Source of the DNA: a virus
Lineage: Duplodnaviria > Caudoviricetes
Strand: one strand, 5' to 3'
DNA length: 64,000 bases
IMG/VR virus record: IMGVR_UViG_3300036797_000015
Coordinates: 9,826-73,825 of that record
Shown here: piece by piece, positions 47,001 through 55,312 of the stretch
Numbering within the stretch: the first letter of the stretch is position 1
How the letters are laid out: each line of letters starts with the position of its first letter
Notes under the pieces: model-generated
Database searches by the model: none
Told to the model about the DNA's origin: nothing
The model's input: only the letters and a program-made list of their open reading frames with translations
Position numbers and translations under genes: made by a program

Positions 47001-49375
47001 ATGGTCAGTCTGCTCCAGCTACCCAAGGTGTCCCATGGGCCGGTAGTAATGGTTCTCCACCAGCAGCTAATGCACCAGCAGCTAATGTAAGTGCTCCAGG
47101 GCTATCAGACAACCAGAAGAAAATATCTGGGCAGATCATATCTGAGGGTCGCAAACGCGGCATGTCTGATGAGCAGATTCAGGCTGCTCTTGCTATTGCT
47201 AGTGGTGAAAGTAATCTCGGCGATAACCAGACATTCAACACGAGTGGTGGTAACGCTTCTGTTGGCGGTGTTGGCGGTGTATATCAACAGGCCCCGAAAT
47301 ACTACGGCGGCAAAGACAATGTCATGGATCCCAATATTGCGATCCCTGCGTTCTTTGATAGATACCAAAATGCTCTGAATAAGGGTTTGGATCCGTTACA
47401 AGCAGCCGTTAATGTTCAGAATCCGCAGCTTGGTACCAATAACCAGAGTAGCACTTACTATAGGACAATGGCGTCGCACCTTGGTCAAGCCCAAGGCATA
47501 TTGGGTGGCGCCCAGCCGCAGGTAGGGCTTGCTAGCCATGACATCCCGCTAAATGGGCCTACCGGAAACACGCAGGGACAGGCGCCACCCAACGGTCCTC
47601 AGCCAGGACAGAAGTATGGTGTGAGTTTGGGGGCGCCAGAGAGTTATGGATTGCCGGGAGGCACCAACACTGGTGGCTACGGAAGTGGTGGAGCCGGAGT
47701 ATTCCCGCAATGGCTTCTCGATATGGGCAAGAAATTTGGAGTAACGCCTAGCACTTATCCAGGGCACCAGGAATCAGAGCGCAGTAGTGAACCAGGATAT
47801 GCTCCAAATCCGCAACACCTTAACCGTGGTGTAGATTGGGTAGGCACTCCCGCCCAGATGGAAGCGTTCGCACAAGCGATGCTACAGGCTGGCGCGCAAG
47901 GTGCGGTAGAGCAGGTCATATATCGTTCCCAGGGTGGCAAGGAATATGGCTTTGGCGGCGGCAAGGATGTATCGGGGCACTACTACCCACAATCTGGCGA
48001 AGGCTCATATGATGAGCATGCTACTTCACCAACTGGTCAAGGCGGTCACGTTCACACTCGGTTCTCTCGTTCATTCTCAATCTTCCCTGAAGGTGAGGGC
48101 GCTCAAACTCAGGGCCAAGCACCTCCTGGCACCCAAGGTGACCTTAGTGTTGAAGGCACTGCTACAGCACCTAACGCAGCTGAGAACCCAATCCAGAGGT
48201 TCCTTGGTCTTGGTGATAACCCTTACACTGGTCCCCCAGTCAATTTGGGGAATATCGACCAAGGCAAGATTCTTACAGATCCTGCGCATACCTACAAGAC
48301 ACCCGATGGCAACGTATACAATTGGGTGGTAGGCCAAGGTTGGGTTTGGGCCGGAGGTCCAAAGGGTAGTCCGCCACCTCCTGGCGTGCCTAAGACGCCT
48401 ATCGGGGCGCCACCTGTGCCGGGCGCTGGCGTATTTACTGGCAACCAAGGCAATTTCGACGGTCGTTATCCAGGCGGTCTGCCTCCTGGGCAGGGACCGG
48501 GATTGGGCCAAGGAGCTACACAACCGCTAGCTCCGCAGACTTCTGGGGTAGGGCAAGGCACTTCCGCTTACCAGAACCTAGCCGGTGGGCCTCTATCTGG
48601 CACTAGTGGCGCCGACCAAGGACAGACTCCAGCCGGTAGCCAGAAGTCGCCAATGGACACTTTCAGCGACGTTATGTCTGGTGTCGGCACTATCGCAGGT
48701 GACGCGTTCCAGGTGTTCGATGATACGATCAAGTCAATTGGTGCGGCCGCAAACATTACTGATCAGCTAGTACGCGGATTTGCTAACACCCAAGATGTAG
48801 TCGGCTTTATCACTCAAATGCAGACGTTCATCACGACTGCGGCCGATGTAGCTAAACTGGTTGGAGATACCTCAGGAACTATCGGCCAGTTCGTCGGCGC
48901 AGGCGCTGCCGGTGATCCTAGTGGGGCTACTTCTGCTGTAGCCGCCGCATTCGGTGCCGTATCTGCTATAGCTGGTGTGGTCAACCAAGCTTTGGTTGCT
49001 ACGAATGATGCAATTGATCTTGGTAAGGAAGTGTATAAGGAAGTTGGGAAGTATAGCGCCATATTCGCTGGCTATATGCTTGGTGGTGCCGATACTGGGC
49101 CTCTCGGTGGCAATGTACGTATGCTGCTCAATACTAATACTGGACAATTGATTTCATACAGCCAGGATAACCCGAACAACAAGAGCGTGAAGAATTTGCC
49201 TGCCTGGCTTTCAAACGCCTATGGCGGAAACACGAATGTGCCACAAAATCCACAACTCAATCAGCTTAACATTTATGCTGGGCCTGGCCAGAGCACCAGG
49301 CAGATGTTGAGTGACTCTATGTGGATAGTTTCCACCGGAGGCCCGGCAGTATCAAGCGTGGCAGGTAGAGAATAA
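44042..49375 (+). CDS. Tape measure protein with C-terminal peptidoglycan-hydrolase-like domains
   Basis: 1777 aa; LGRAHGEIVI N-terminus; helical repeats; AALAIASGESN..GVYQQ lysozyme-like; STYPGH..H..GVDW peptidase-like. Confidence 0.95.
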   Translation: MMPDYNLGRAHGEIVITADTRGADQAAVAMGATAVEAEALDKSLGKVKTQFGETSKEAQRATAIVEQNRGRVSQLRGEYDRLGQSYQKAYEESKRLNKAWADLSQLAKHQEVNLNDVISAKNAAQEADRKAADILEKLNTKHIQYASAISNVTTRLSLLGPAHRQAERDVESFGKKIGEANEHIEKLAETISKTLSTALHGIGQLGDIGMAGGALGLLGGGAGNALVSGMSAVVEVIQQFSGAVLLLPAAVGGAVTALGTLAVGFHGVGEALSAMDDPTKFAQALYNLAPAAADAVRTIASFESAFKGAMREVQQSLSAPIVRDIQPLIQTWLPALMRAGQLIAGVFGDIAHEFLAWTQQPQVMAQFQSFIANMANALRALLPAIQPIANAFLTLTTVGSQAFGRLSEAVVKLANEFNGWVQNAASNGDLTKWINTALNAFTSLAHIAENVWGILANIAKIGDTFGGGFLGVLDEITGKLKEFTESREGQEQISEFFSILREAGHELGPIIKIVAGGVGELVKQLLELGVAIAPGIEEFLKDLAGSIKELGENFVKSAPSFNTFLKGFGELMKEFIESIGPQLPNLFRALVQALIVALPTLDKVIEAIAKLMGHLTPREVEVIALVAASLWGLHGALSAIAAIGPAIETLAAGFDALVAVFTSPITLAIVGIVALVGAFIYAYTHVKSFHDAVNGTLKDLKDFAGWVGREFVNAWHSVTGAISNAISSIKNFQTEAHNTLANLGGIISSEIGKVIAQAENWGRSIVQRLIDGIKGMFHPLGDAWSWLLKAVRDQNPSSPPKTGPLSGQGDPLVAGQNVADRFATGLKAGTPGVSSAYSAAIGSGASTFQTAGQTASVSGGADFTQGRSGFDQWINSLTQDLSAWSSILQHSFKLFQDVAGIFSSTAHVVANLWGGGDNPLTRPGGLFGPPKKTGQQHVDGVPDAPEPKGVAPDQYGKDLAGAQNTVPQQSVAGVPNAKWWGSNGTVHGQSAPATQGVPWAGSNGSPPAANAPAANVSAPGLSDNQKKISGQIISEGRKRGMSDEQIQAALAIASGESNLGDNQTFNTSGGNASVGGVGGVYQQAPKYYGGKDNVMDPNIAIPAFFDRYQNALNKGLDPLQAAVNVQNPQLGTNNQSSTYYRTMASHLGQAQGILGGAQPQVGLASHDIPLNGPTGNTQGQAPPNGPQPGQKYGVSLGAPESYGLPGGTNTGGYGSGGAGVFPQWLLDMGKKFGVTPSTYPGHQESERSSEPGYAPNPQHLNRGVDWVGTPAQMEAFAQAMLQAGAQGAVEQVIYRSQGGKEYGFGGGKDVSGHYYPQSGEGSYDEHATSPTGQGGHVHTRFSRSFSIFPEGEGAQTQGQAPPGTQGDLSVEGTATAPNAAENPIQRFLGLGDNPYTGPPVNLGNIDQGKILTDPAHTYKTPDGNVYNWVVGQGWVWAGGPKGSPPPPGVPKTPIGAPPVPGAGVFTGNQGNFDGRYPGGLPPGQGPGLGQGATQPLAPQTSGVGQGTSAYQNLAGGPLSGTSGADQGQTPAGSQKSPMDTFSDVMSGVGTIAGDAFQVFDDTIKSIGAAANITDQLVRGFANTQDVVGFITQMQTFITTAADVAKLVGDTSGTIGQFVGAGAAGDPSGATSAVAAAFGAVSAIAGVVNQALVATNDAIDLGKEVYKEVGKYSAIFAGYMLGGADTGPLGGNVRMLLNTNTGQLISYSQDNPNNKSVKNLPAWLSNAYGGNTNVPQNPQLNQLNIYAGPGQSTRQMLSDSMWIVSTGGPAVSSVAGRE

Positions 49376-50259
49376 TGCAACCATACCAGTATCAAATAGG
49401 TAGCGTGCTATTTGGGCGTAATACGGACATACCTGTCAGCAAGGTAGAGGTCCAGCCGTATAACGTCAATCAACAAGACTTCCAGGTTATCCGAACTGAT
49501 GAAACCAGATTCGGGATAGATACGCTAGCCCCTGCACCTATTGTCTTCACTATGGCTGTTATGGATAACTTCGCCCTGGAACAGATATCGCATATCGCCG
49601 GACCTGATCTGGATGACCTGTTCCTACCGCGAGGTAGCCTGCTATCGTCGCTAGCACGTACATGGAAAGCTAGTGACGTGCGAGCATTCTGGGGGCAAGT
49701 GATGCCTCTACTTTGCTGTAAGTGGGATGGTACGGTAGTACGCATTTACGGTAGGCCTGGTAAGTTTCAATATGCTAAACGAGCAAATGATCGCACGACA
49801 TGGATTGAAGTACAAGCAGAGTTCAGGCGTGGCGATACCCTAGCCCATTCTGACATTGAATATTATGTTGGGGATATAACAAATCCGTTGTTGGGCATGG
49901 CTCCAGGAGCGCCAGCTGTGGTAGCGCAACGTGGTGACGGTGATGGCGACTCATGGCTCAGATTCGTGTTCACTGGTCCGATGACACATCCCATCGTCAA
50001 CTATGGTGATAAGACTTTAGAGATGACTACTTCAATCCCGGCTGGGGTATCTGTTGAAGTGTCGACATATCCTTGGGTTCGTCGGGTAGTTGACTCAAAT
50101 TCAGTTAATCGTCGCACTGAAGTAATAGGCAATACTTTGTATCTTGATCAGATTAACTTCCCAGCAGATGATGCTATTGAAGTAAGCTGGGATTGTGATG
50201 ACGCTGACACTTCAACAGGATTGTATTTTATGTGGAGGGAGGCATACAATGTCATTTAA
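49375..50259 (+). CDS. Distal tail (Dit-like) protein
   Basis: Directly after TMP; 294 aa. Confidence 0.75.
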   Translation: MQPYQYQIGSVLFGRNTDIPVSKVEVQPYNVNQQDFQVIRTDETRFGIDTLAPAPIVFTMAVMDNFALEQISHIAGPDLDDLFLPRGSLLSSLARTWKASDVRAFWGQVMPLLCCKWDGTVVRIYGRPGKFQYAKRANDRTTWIEVQAEFRRGDTLAHSDIEYYVGDITNPLLGMAPGAPAVVAQRGDGDGDSWLRFVFTGPMTHPIVNYGDKTLEMTTSIPAGVSVEVSTYPWVRRVVDSNSVNRRTEVIGNTLYLDQINFPADDAIEVSWDCDDADTSTGLYFMWREAYNVI

Positions 50260-50267
50260 GGAGCATC

Positions 50268-51887
50268 ATGCCTAATCCACCTTTGCGTCGCAACTTCATA
50301 AACTTGCGCACGCCTGCGGTAAATGAGTTACCTGCAGCAGATTATAACGCTCACGCTCAGCGTACTGATATTGCCTATGATGTTGCTAGAGCTGCGTTGA
50401 TCAATGCTAGGGTTCAAATTGCTGATAATTGTTATGCCGCGCCTGCTGCCGGGAGCGCATTCAATATCTCAACTGCTGGCACATATGAGTTCTTCTACAA
50501 TGTTGGTATGGATGCTTCAGACCTAAGAATAGGGTTTGGGCAGTGGTCAAATACTATTGTTACTGGCGTCCACACTGACATCGATAGTGCGACTAGCGTT
50601 ACATTTTCCGCTGCTATTAAGGATGCATCGGGCAGCGTATACCAATTGACTTTCGGAGGCCAGAAAACAGTCACTCTTGTCAACGGATTGATCTTGTCTG
50701 ACTCAATTCCGATTGATGTGGTTAAGGGTGACATCATTTATGTCCGTGTTTACATTTCGGCCGGGACAGCCCATTGGAATAGGCTAGCCTTCAAAAATGC
50801 ATCAATTACCAATGCGGGCGGTTTTTCATCGGGTGTTGACTATACATTAACTGGTTCTCCTGCGCTCCCTACGCCAATTCAAGCTTCTGGTTGGGGGCCA
50901 ATGCTTATAATTGGTATCCCAAAGGCAAAAGATGTTACTCCAAAGTCCATTATAATTCAAGGCGACTCAATTGCATGGGGCGCATTTGATGGCTTTACGG
51001 GTGATCTATTCACCGGAGCAATGACGAATCAACCAATTTTGTTGGCTGGCGGATGGATAGCTCGTTGCCTGGCGGGGCAGGCAGGCGTAATTAACGCTGC
51101 GCTACAAGGCGATGGGATTGGATATTTCCTCGCTGGGCTTGGACACTTTCGTAGGGCATCATTGATCAATTATGCTCGTTATGCATTAATTGAATATGGC
51201 GTCAATGATATCAACCTTGATCACACTGCCGCACAAATTCAAGCTGACTTGCTTACGCAAGCAAATCGAAACTTGAACAAGGGCATTATTGCCAACATCA
51301 TAGTAACTCTTACGCCACAATCAACTTCAACTGATCGATGGACGACACTTGGCAACCAAACTCCGATCACCGAGAACTCAGTTAGGGTGACTCATAACAA
51401 TTGGGTGCGGGATGGTGGCCCTATTGATGCAACTACCAAAACCCCAGTAGCGACAGGAACTTCCACCAATGTGCTTCGTTTTGGCGCAGTAGACCATCCA
51501 ATACACGGCTATCTTGAAGTGGCAGATTGTATCGAGTCTGCTCGTGATTCCGGCAAATGGAAGATAGCAGATCGAGTGGTTACGAATGCTGCTATTACTA
51601 CTGGTACGGCAACTTTAACCTCAACTACTGCTAATTTCACTTCGGCCGATATTGGCAAGTGCGTAATTATTGCCGGTGCTGGAGCAGCAGGTGTAGATTT
51701 GGTGGGCACTATTTTGTCTATAAATTCCAGCACCTCTGTTGCAATAACGCAAGTAGCATCAGTTACCGTATCTGGAGCAACTTGTGTCATTGGTGCTTGG
51801 ACTGCTGATGGCGTTCACCCTCGTTGTAATGGACACGCTTATATTGCCGCCCAGGTTCAAGCATCATTTTTGGCGTTGATGAGTTGA
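50268..51887 (+). CDS. SGNH/GDSL esterase-domain protein in the tail module
   Basis: IQGDSIAWG, LQG, YGVNDI, ADGVHP; AAGGAG RBS. Confidence 0.8.
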   Translation: MPNPPLRRNFINLRTPAVNELPAADYNAHAQRTDIAYDVARAALINARVQIADNCYAAPAAGSAFNISTAGTYEFFYNVGMDASDLRIGFGQWSNTIVTGVHTDIDSATSVTFSAAIKDASGSVYQLTFGGQKTVTLVNGLILSDSIPIDVVKGDIIYVRVYISAGTAHWNRLAFKNASITNAGGFSSGVDYTLTGSPALPTPIQASGWGPMLIIGIPKAKDVTPKSIIIQGDSIAWGAFDGFTGDLFTGAMTNQPILLAGGWIARCLAGQAGVINAALQGDGIGYFLAGLGHFRRASLINYARYALIEYGVNDINLDHTAAQIQADLLTQANRNLNKGIIANIIVTLTPQSTSTDRWTTLGNQTPITENSVRVTHNNWVRDGGPIDATTKTPVATGTSTNVLRFGAVDHPIHGYLEVADCIESARDSGKWKIADRVVTNAAITTGTATLTSTTANFTSADIGKCVIIAGAGAAGVDLVGTILSINSSTSVAITQVASVTVSGATCVIGAWTADGVHPRCNGHAYIAAQVQASFLALMS

Positions 51888-51888
51888 T

Positions 51889-53184
51889 ATGAGTTTCCCT
51901 CTAAGTTTCCCAACTGCCTTCGGTGACCCCGTAGGGTTCAACCCTTCCGGGTCTGACCCTGACAGGTTCAGGTTCATTGTTGAAAAAGCAGTCACAGGGG
52001 AGATACTAACACGTGATTTGGTTGTTCAAAAGCCAAAGATACTTCGTGCTTTGAGCGGCCCGTGTAATATTCAATTTGACATCGACTATAGGGACTACAG
52101 CGCAGCAGGCATTTACTTTAAGCCTTGGGAACATATTGTACATGCTGAGAAACTTGTCAATGGTGAGCGTAAGATATGGGCTAGCGGTATAGTCCAGCCA
52201 TCTCAAATTGACAAGAAAACTGGAGTTGTCCATTTAGAGGCCAAAGGCTTCTCTGCTTATGCTAAAGGCACTCCTTGGCTGGAGAATTGGAACCCGCTCG
52301 TTGTCGATCCGTTTGCGGTTGTCCAGCGAGTTTGGACCCATATTCAGAGCTACCCGACCGGGAACCTAGGCGTCATCGTCTACCCAGCTACGTGTGGTAT
52401 CGAGATGCTACCAGGGTATGCGTTCGACGGGGAAATATTCAATCTCAACTTCTTCGCTGAGTTTATTCGAGCGGCCGACAAGCAGGATTGTGGCGATGTT
52501 ATTGATGGTCTTGCTCGTGATATCCCATTTGATTATGTTGAGCAGTCTGCTTGGAATAGCGACAGAAGCGCAATAATCAAAAAGATATTCCTGGGGTATC
52601 CCAAGGCAGGGCAAGACCTTAACAATTTGGCATTCATCCTAAACGAGAATGTATATGAGGCTAGCCCGCACATCGAGACTGAGATTGATTGGGCTAGTGA
52701 TGTTATCATCGATGGTTGGTTCCCTGGCCAGGAGTACAGTTCTACCCTGACCAACGCTGATACAGATAGACTCAGGCGCGTTGTCATGCAGGACGACGTT
52801 CAGATTAACTCTGATGAGCGTGCCGCGGCGTGGGCTAAACGTAAGTTGACTAGGCGCCAAACACCGGCTTACTGGGATTCCATCATTGTGGATATGGGCC
52901 ACCCAAATGCGCCGTTCGGCTACTATGACGTAGGTGACCGAGTTGATGTCAGAGGCTTGATGCCTTGGGTGGGTGACGTTAACCAGACTCATAAGATCAT
53001 CGCTATCGCGGTCGATGAGGAGTCTGAGACTTGCGAGCTTAGCTTGAAGGCAGAGGGCGCATTCTCCTATGACCCGATCTACTACCAAGGCTCTGGCGGG
53101 TCGAGCAACCCCGTTGCGCTTACTGGCGCGAATGTGCCTTTGATCGCATTGTCGACTACCCCAGGCCTGGTGACTATATCATGA
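51889..53184 (+). CDS. Minor tail protein (baseplate hub/Tal-like)
   Basis: IWASGIV..LEAKGFSAY; size and synteny. Confidence 0.75.
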   Translation: MSFPLSFPTAFGDPVGFNPSGSDPDRFRFIVEKAVTGEILTRDLVVQKPKILRALSGPCNIQFDIDYRDYSAAGIYFKPWEHIVHAEKLVNGERKIWASGIVQPSQIDKKTGVVHLEAKGFSAYAKGTPWLENWNPLVVDPFAVVQRVWTHIQSYPTGNLGVIVYPATCGIEMLPGYAFDGEIFNLNFFAEFIRAADKQDCGDVIDGLARDIPFDYVEQSAWNSDRSAIIKKIFLGYPKAGQDLNNLAFILNENVYEASPHIETEIDWASDVIIDGWFPGQEYSSTLTNADTDRLRRVVMQDDVQINSDERAAAWAKRKLTRRQTPAYWDSIIVDMGHPNAPFGYYDVGDRVDVRGLMPWVGDVNQTHKIIAIAVDEESETCELSLKAEGAFSYDPIYYQGSGGSSNPVALTGANVPLIALSTTPGLVTIS

Positions 53185-53624
53185 CAATTAATCAGATTGC
53201 CTATGGGCTATTCCTAGATTCGTTGGCAGACGGACTCATTGACTGGCGAGCCGACATATTCAAGGCTATGCTATGTGATAGTGGTTATACCCCTAATCAA
53301 AATACGCACCAATACAAGAGTAGTGTTACTCATGAGGTTGCCGGGTCTGGTTATGTGCCAGGGGGCATAATTGTCCCCGGTGTTGTTAAGACATATACAT
53401 CCGTAACAAAAACGCTGAATATCGCAGCAGCACCGTTAGTGTGGCCGGTTACCACAATTCCGGCTATTCGCTATATTGTCGTGTATGATGACATAGCAGG
53501 ATTCAGTGATAATGCTAAGCCTTTGGTCATGTATGTTGATCTGGGCGCAGACTCGGTGACTGTGAACCAGACGTTCCAGTACACATTCGCTAGCGGTAAC
53601 ATGTTCCAGGTGGCGGTGCCGTGA
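53181..53624 (+). CDS. Minor tail protein
   Basis: ADIFKAMLCDSGYTPN..HEVAGSGYVPGG family pattern. Confidence 0.75.
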   Translation: MTINQIAYGLFLDSLADGLIDWRADIFKAMLCDSGYTPNQNTHQYKSSVTHEVAGSGYVPGGIIVPGVVKTYTSVTKTLNIAAAPLVWPVTTIPAIRYIVVYDDIAGFSDNAKPLVMYVDLGADSVTVNQTFQYTFASGNMFQVAVP

Positions 53625-55312
53625 GCCTAGACATTTTCGGACAGTACCAGTCACAAACTACTCGCGCTCTAGCATCTATTGATAGCAGCAAATATCCTGA
53701 CACGAATAAGGATTTTGAGGCTAACGTAATCAGGCTCAACCAAGATGTCGATTACATTTCCAAGTTTTTACAGACGATGCAAAAGGGCGTCGACTCAGCC
53801 AATAAAGACCCCATCAGCAGAATCCGCGATCTTGTCGCTGGTCTAGGCATTTTGCTTGGGGGAGGGTCGCTGACTGAGATCACCGATATCAATCTCGGCG
53901 ACCTACAATACTATCTACCCGCCATTGGCGCTCTGCTTGGGTTTGACTCAACTACGCCATTCCCCATCAATCTGTTTGAAGCAGCTGAGCACCTCCTGCT
54001 TGGCTATATTGTGCCGCTTGATGTATTCGCAAGCACGATTGAGGATTTGATCCTTAGCTTCTTTGCGGCTATCGGCATTGATGAAGACGCGCTCAATTCG
54101 CTGCGTGATTTGCTAGACGCTGTTGTAAGCGTAACTGGGGATATACAAACGCTTTTCACTAACCTAGCAAATTTGCTAGACGTATTTGGTATTAACTCTA
54201 GTGGGTTCGGCCCGTTCGCGGATTTGTGGCATGCCGTGACGCAGCTACTCGGCGGTCTGAACCTACAGACGCTAGGTGATTTGGTAGACCCCATATTCCA
54301 CGCGTTGGCGCCGTGGATTGAAGAGGTAGCCCAGTTCGTTAACCAACTTGACTTGATCATCAAAGCGTTCAGCGGTGGATTGACCAACGTTCAAGGCATA
54401 TTGAACTTCGCCAGCATATTCACTAGCTATCTGAACTTCTTGCCCTCATCCTTTGATATACCTACGATGTGGGTCCAGATTGTAGAGAATATCCTGCTAC
54501 CATCAGGGATACTGAATCCTGTAATTGACTCGATAACAAGCGTTCTCGGCGGTTTAGTGCTTGGCGGTCCTGCCTCTACAATTTCGTGGTTCTTGGGGCC
54601 TGAGATCGCAGCATTGAATCTATTCAAGAATGGCATCAGTCAAGTCATAGCCGATATTGAGGCTCTTTGGTCTGGGCACGATGGTCGCATTGAAGCGCTG
54701 GAAACTGCGGCTAGCTCAGGCACTACAGGGCTCAACGCTGGTACAGATGGGTGTAACAATACTACGCGATTCACCCACGTCAGCGGCGGGTCGATTACCA
54801 GTGATGGCTTTGTTATCAGCTCAACGTCTACGTCTGCTAATTACCATACTGATGGTCCCGCAACAGTTAAGCACGGGATCAAATTCAAAGTTCGTCGTAA
54901 GCAAAATGGTGTCTGTGTAGGAGTTATTTGTGCTGACACGGGATTCACGAACTTCTTTGGTCTGGAAGTGTATGTTGGTGGCTTCGGCAATGATTATGCT
55001 CGGATTGTGTATGGCGTTAGCCCGACGGCAGTAATCGACCTAGTTGATGCCGACGGTGAGCCCATACAGTGGAATGGTGCGATCAGCGAGAACTGGGAAT
55101 TTGAGATATACTATTCTGATTCGCCGACAACCAATACAGTGTACGTTACTCTGAATGGTAACCAGATTTTGACCTATACAGATGTTGGTAACTTGGTCGC
55201 CCATACTCCTGGCACAGATATCCACGTAGGCTGGATATCCAATCTCAATAACAATTCTGTATATAAGGGATTTGGGCTAACTCAATTCACTTACGCAGAT
55301 AAGGCGGCATAA
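53621..55312 (+). CDS. Minor tail protein (helical N-terminus, beta-sandwich C-terminus)
   Basis: Synteny and composition. Confidence 0.75.
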   Translation: MSLDIFGQYQSQTTRALASIDSSKYPDTNKDFEANVIRLNQDVDYISKFLQTMQKGVDSANKDPISRIRDLVAGLGILLGGGSLTEITDINLGDLQYYLPAIGALLGFDSTTPFPINLFEAAEHLLLGYIVPLDVFASTIEDLILSFFAAIGIDEDALNSLRDLLDAVVSVTGDIQTLFTNLANLLDVFGINSSGFGPFADLWHAVTQLLGGLNLQTLGDLVDPIFHALAPWIEEVAQFVNQLDLIIKAFSGGLTNVQGILNFASIFTSYLNFLPSSFDIPTMWVQIVENILLPSGILNPVIDSITSVLGGLVLGGPASTISWFLGPEIAALNLFKNGISQVIADIEALWSGHDGRIEALETAASSGTTGLNAGTDGCNNTTRFTHVSGGSITSDGFVISSTSTSANYHTDGPATVKHGIKFKVRRKQNGVCVGVICADTGFTNFFGLEVYVGGFGNDYARIVYGVSPTAVIDLVDADGEPIQWNGAISENWEFEIYYSDSPTTNTVYVTLNGNQILTYTDVGNLVAHTPGTDIHVGWISNLNNNSVYKGFGLTQFTYADKAA

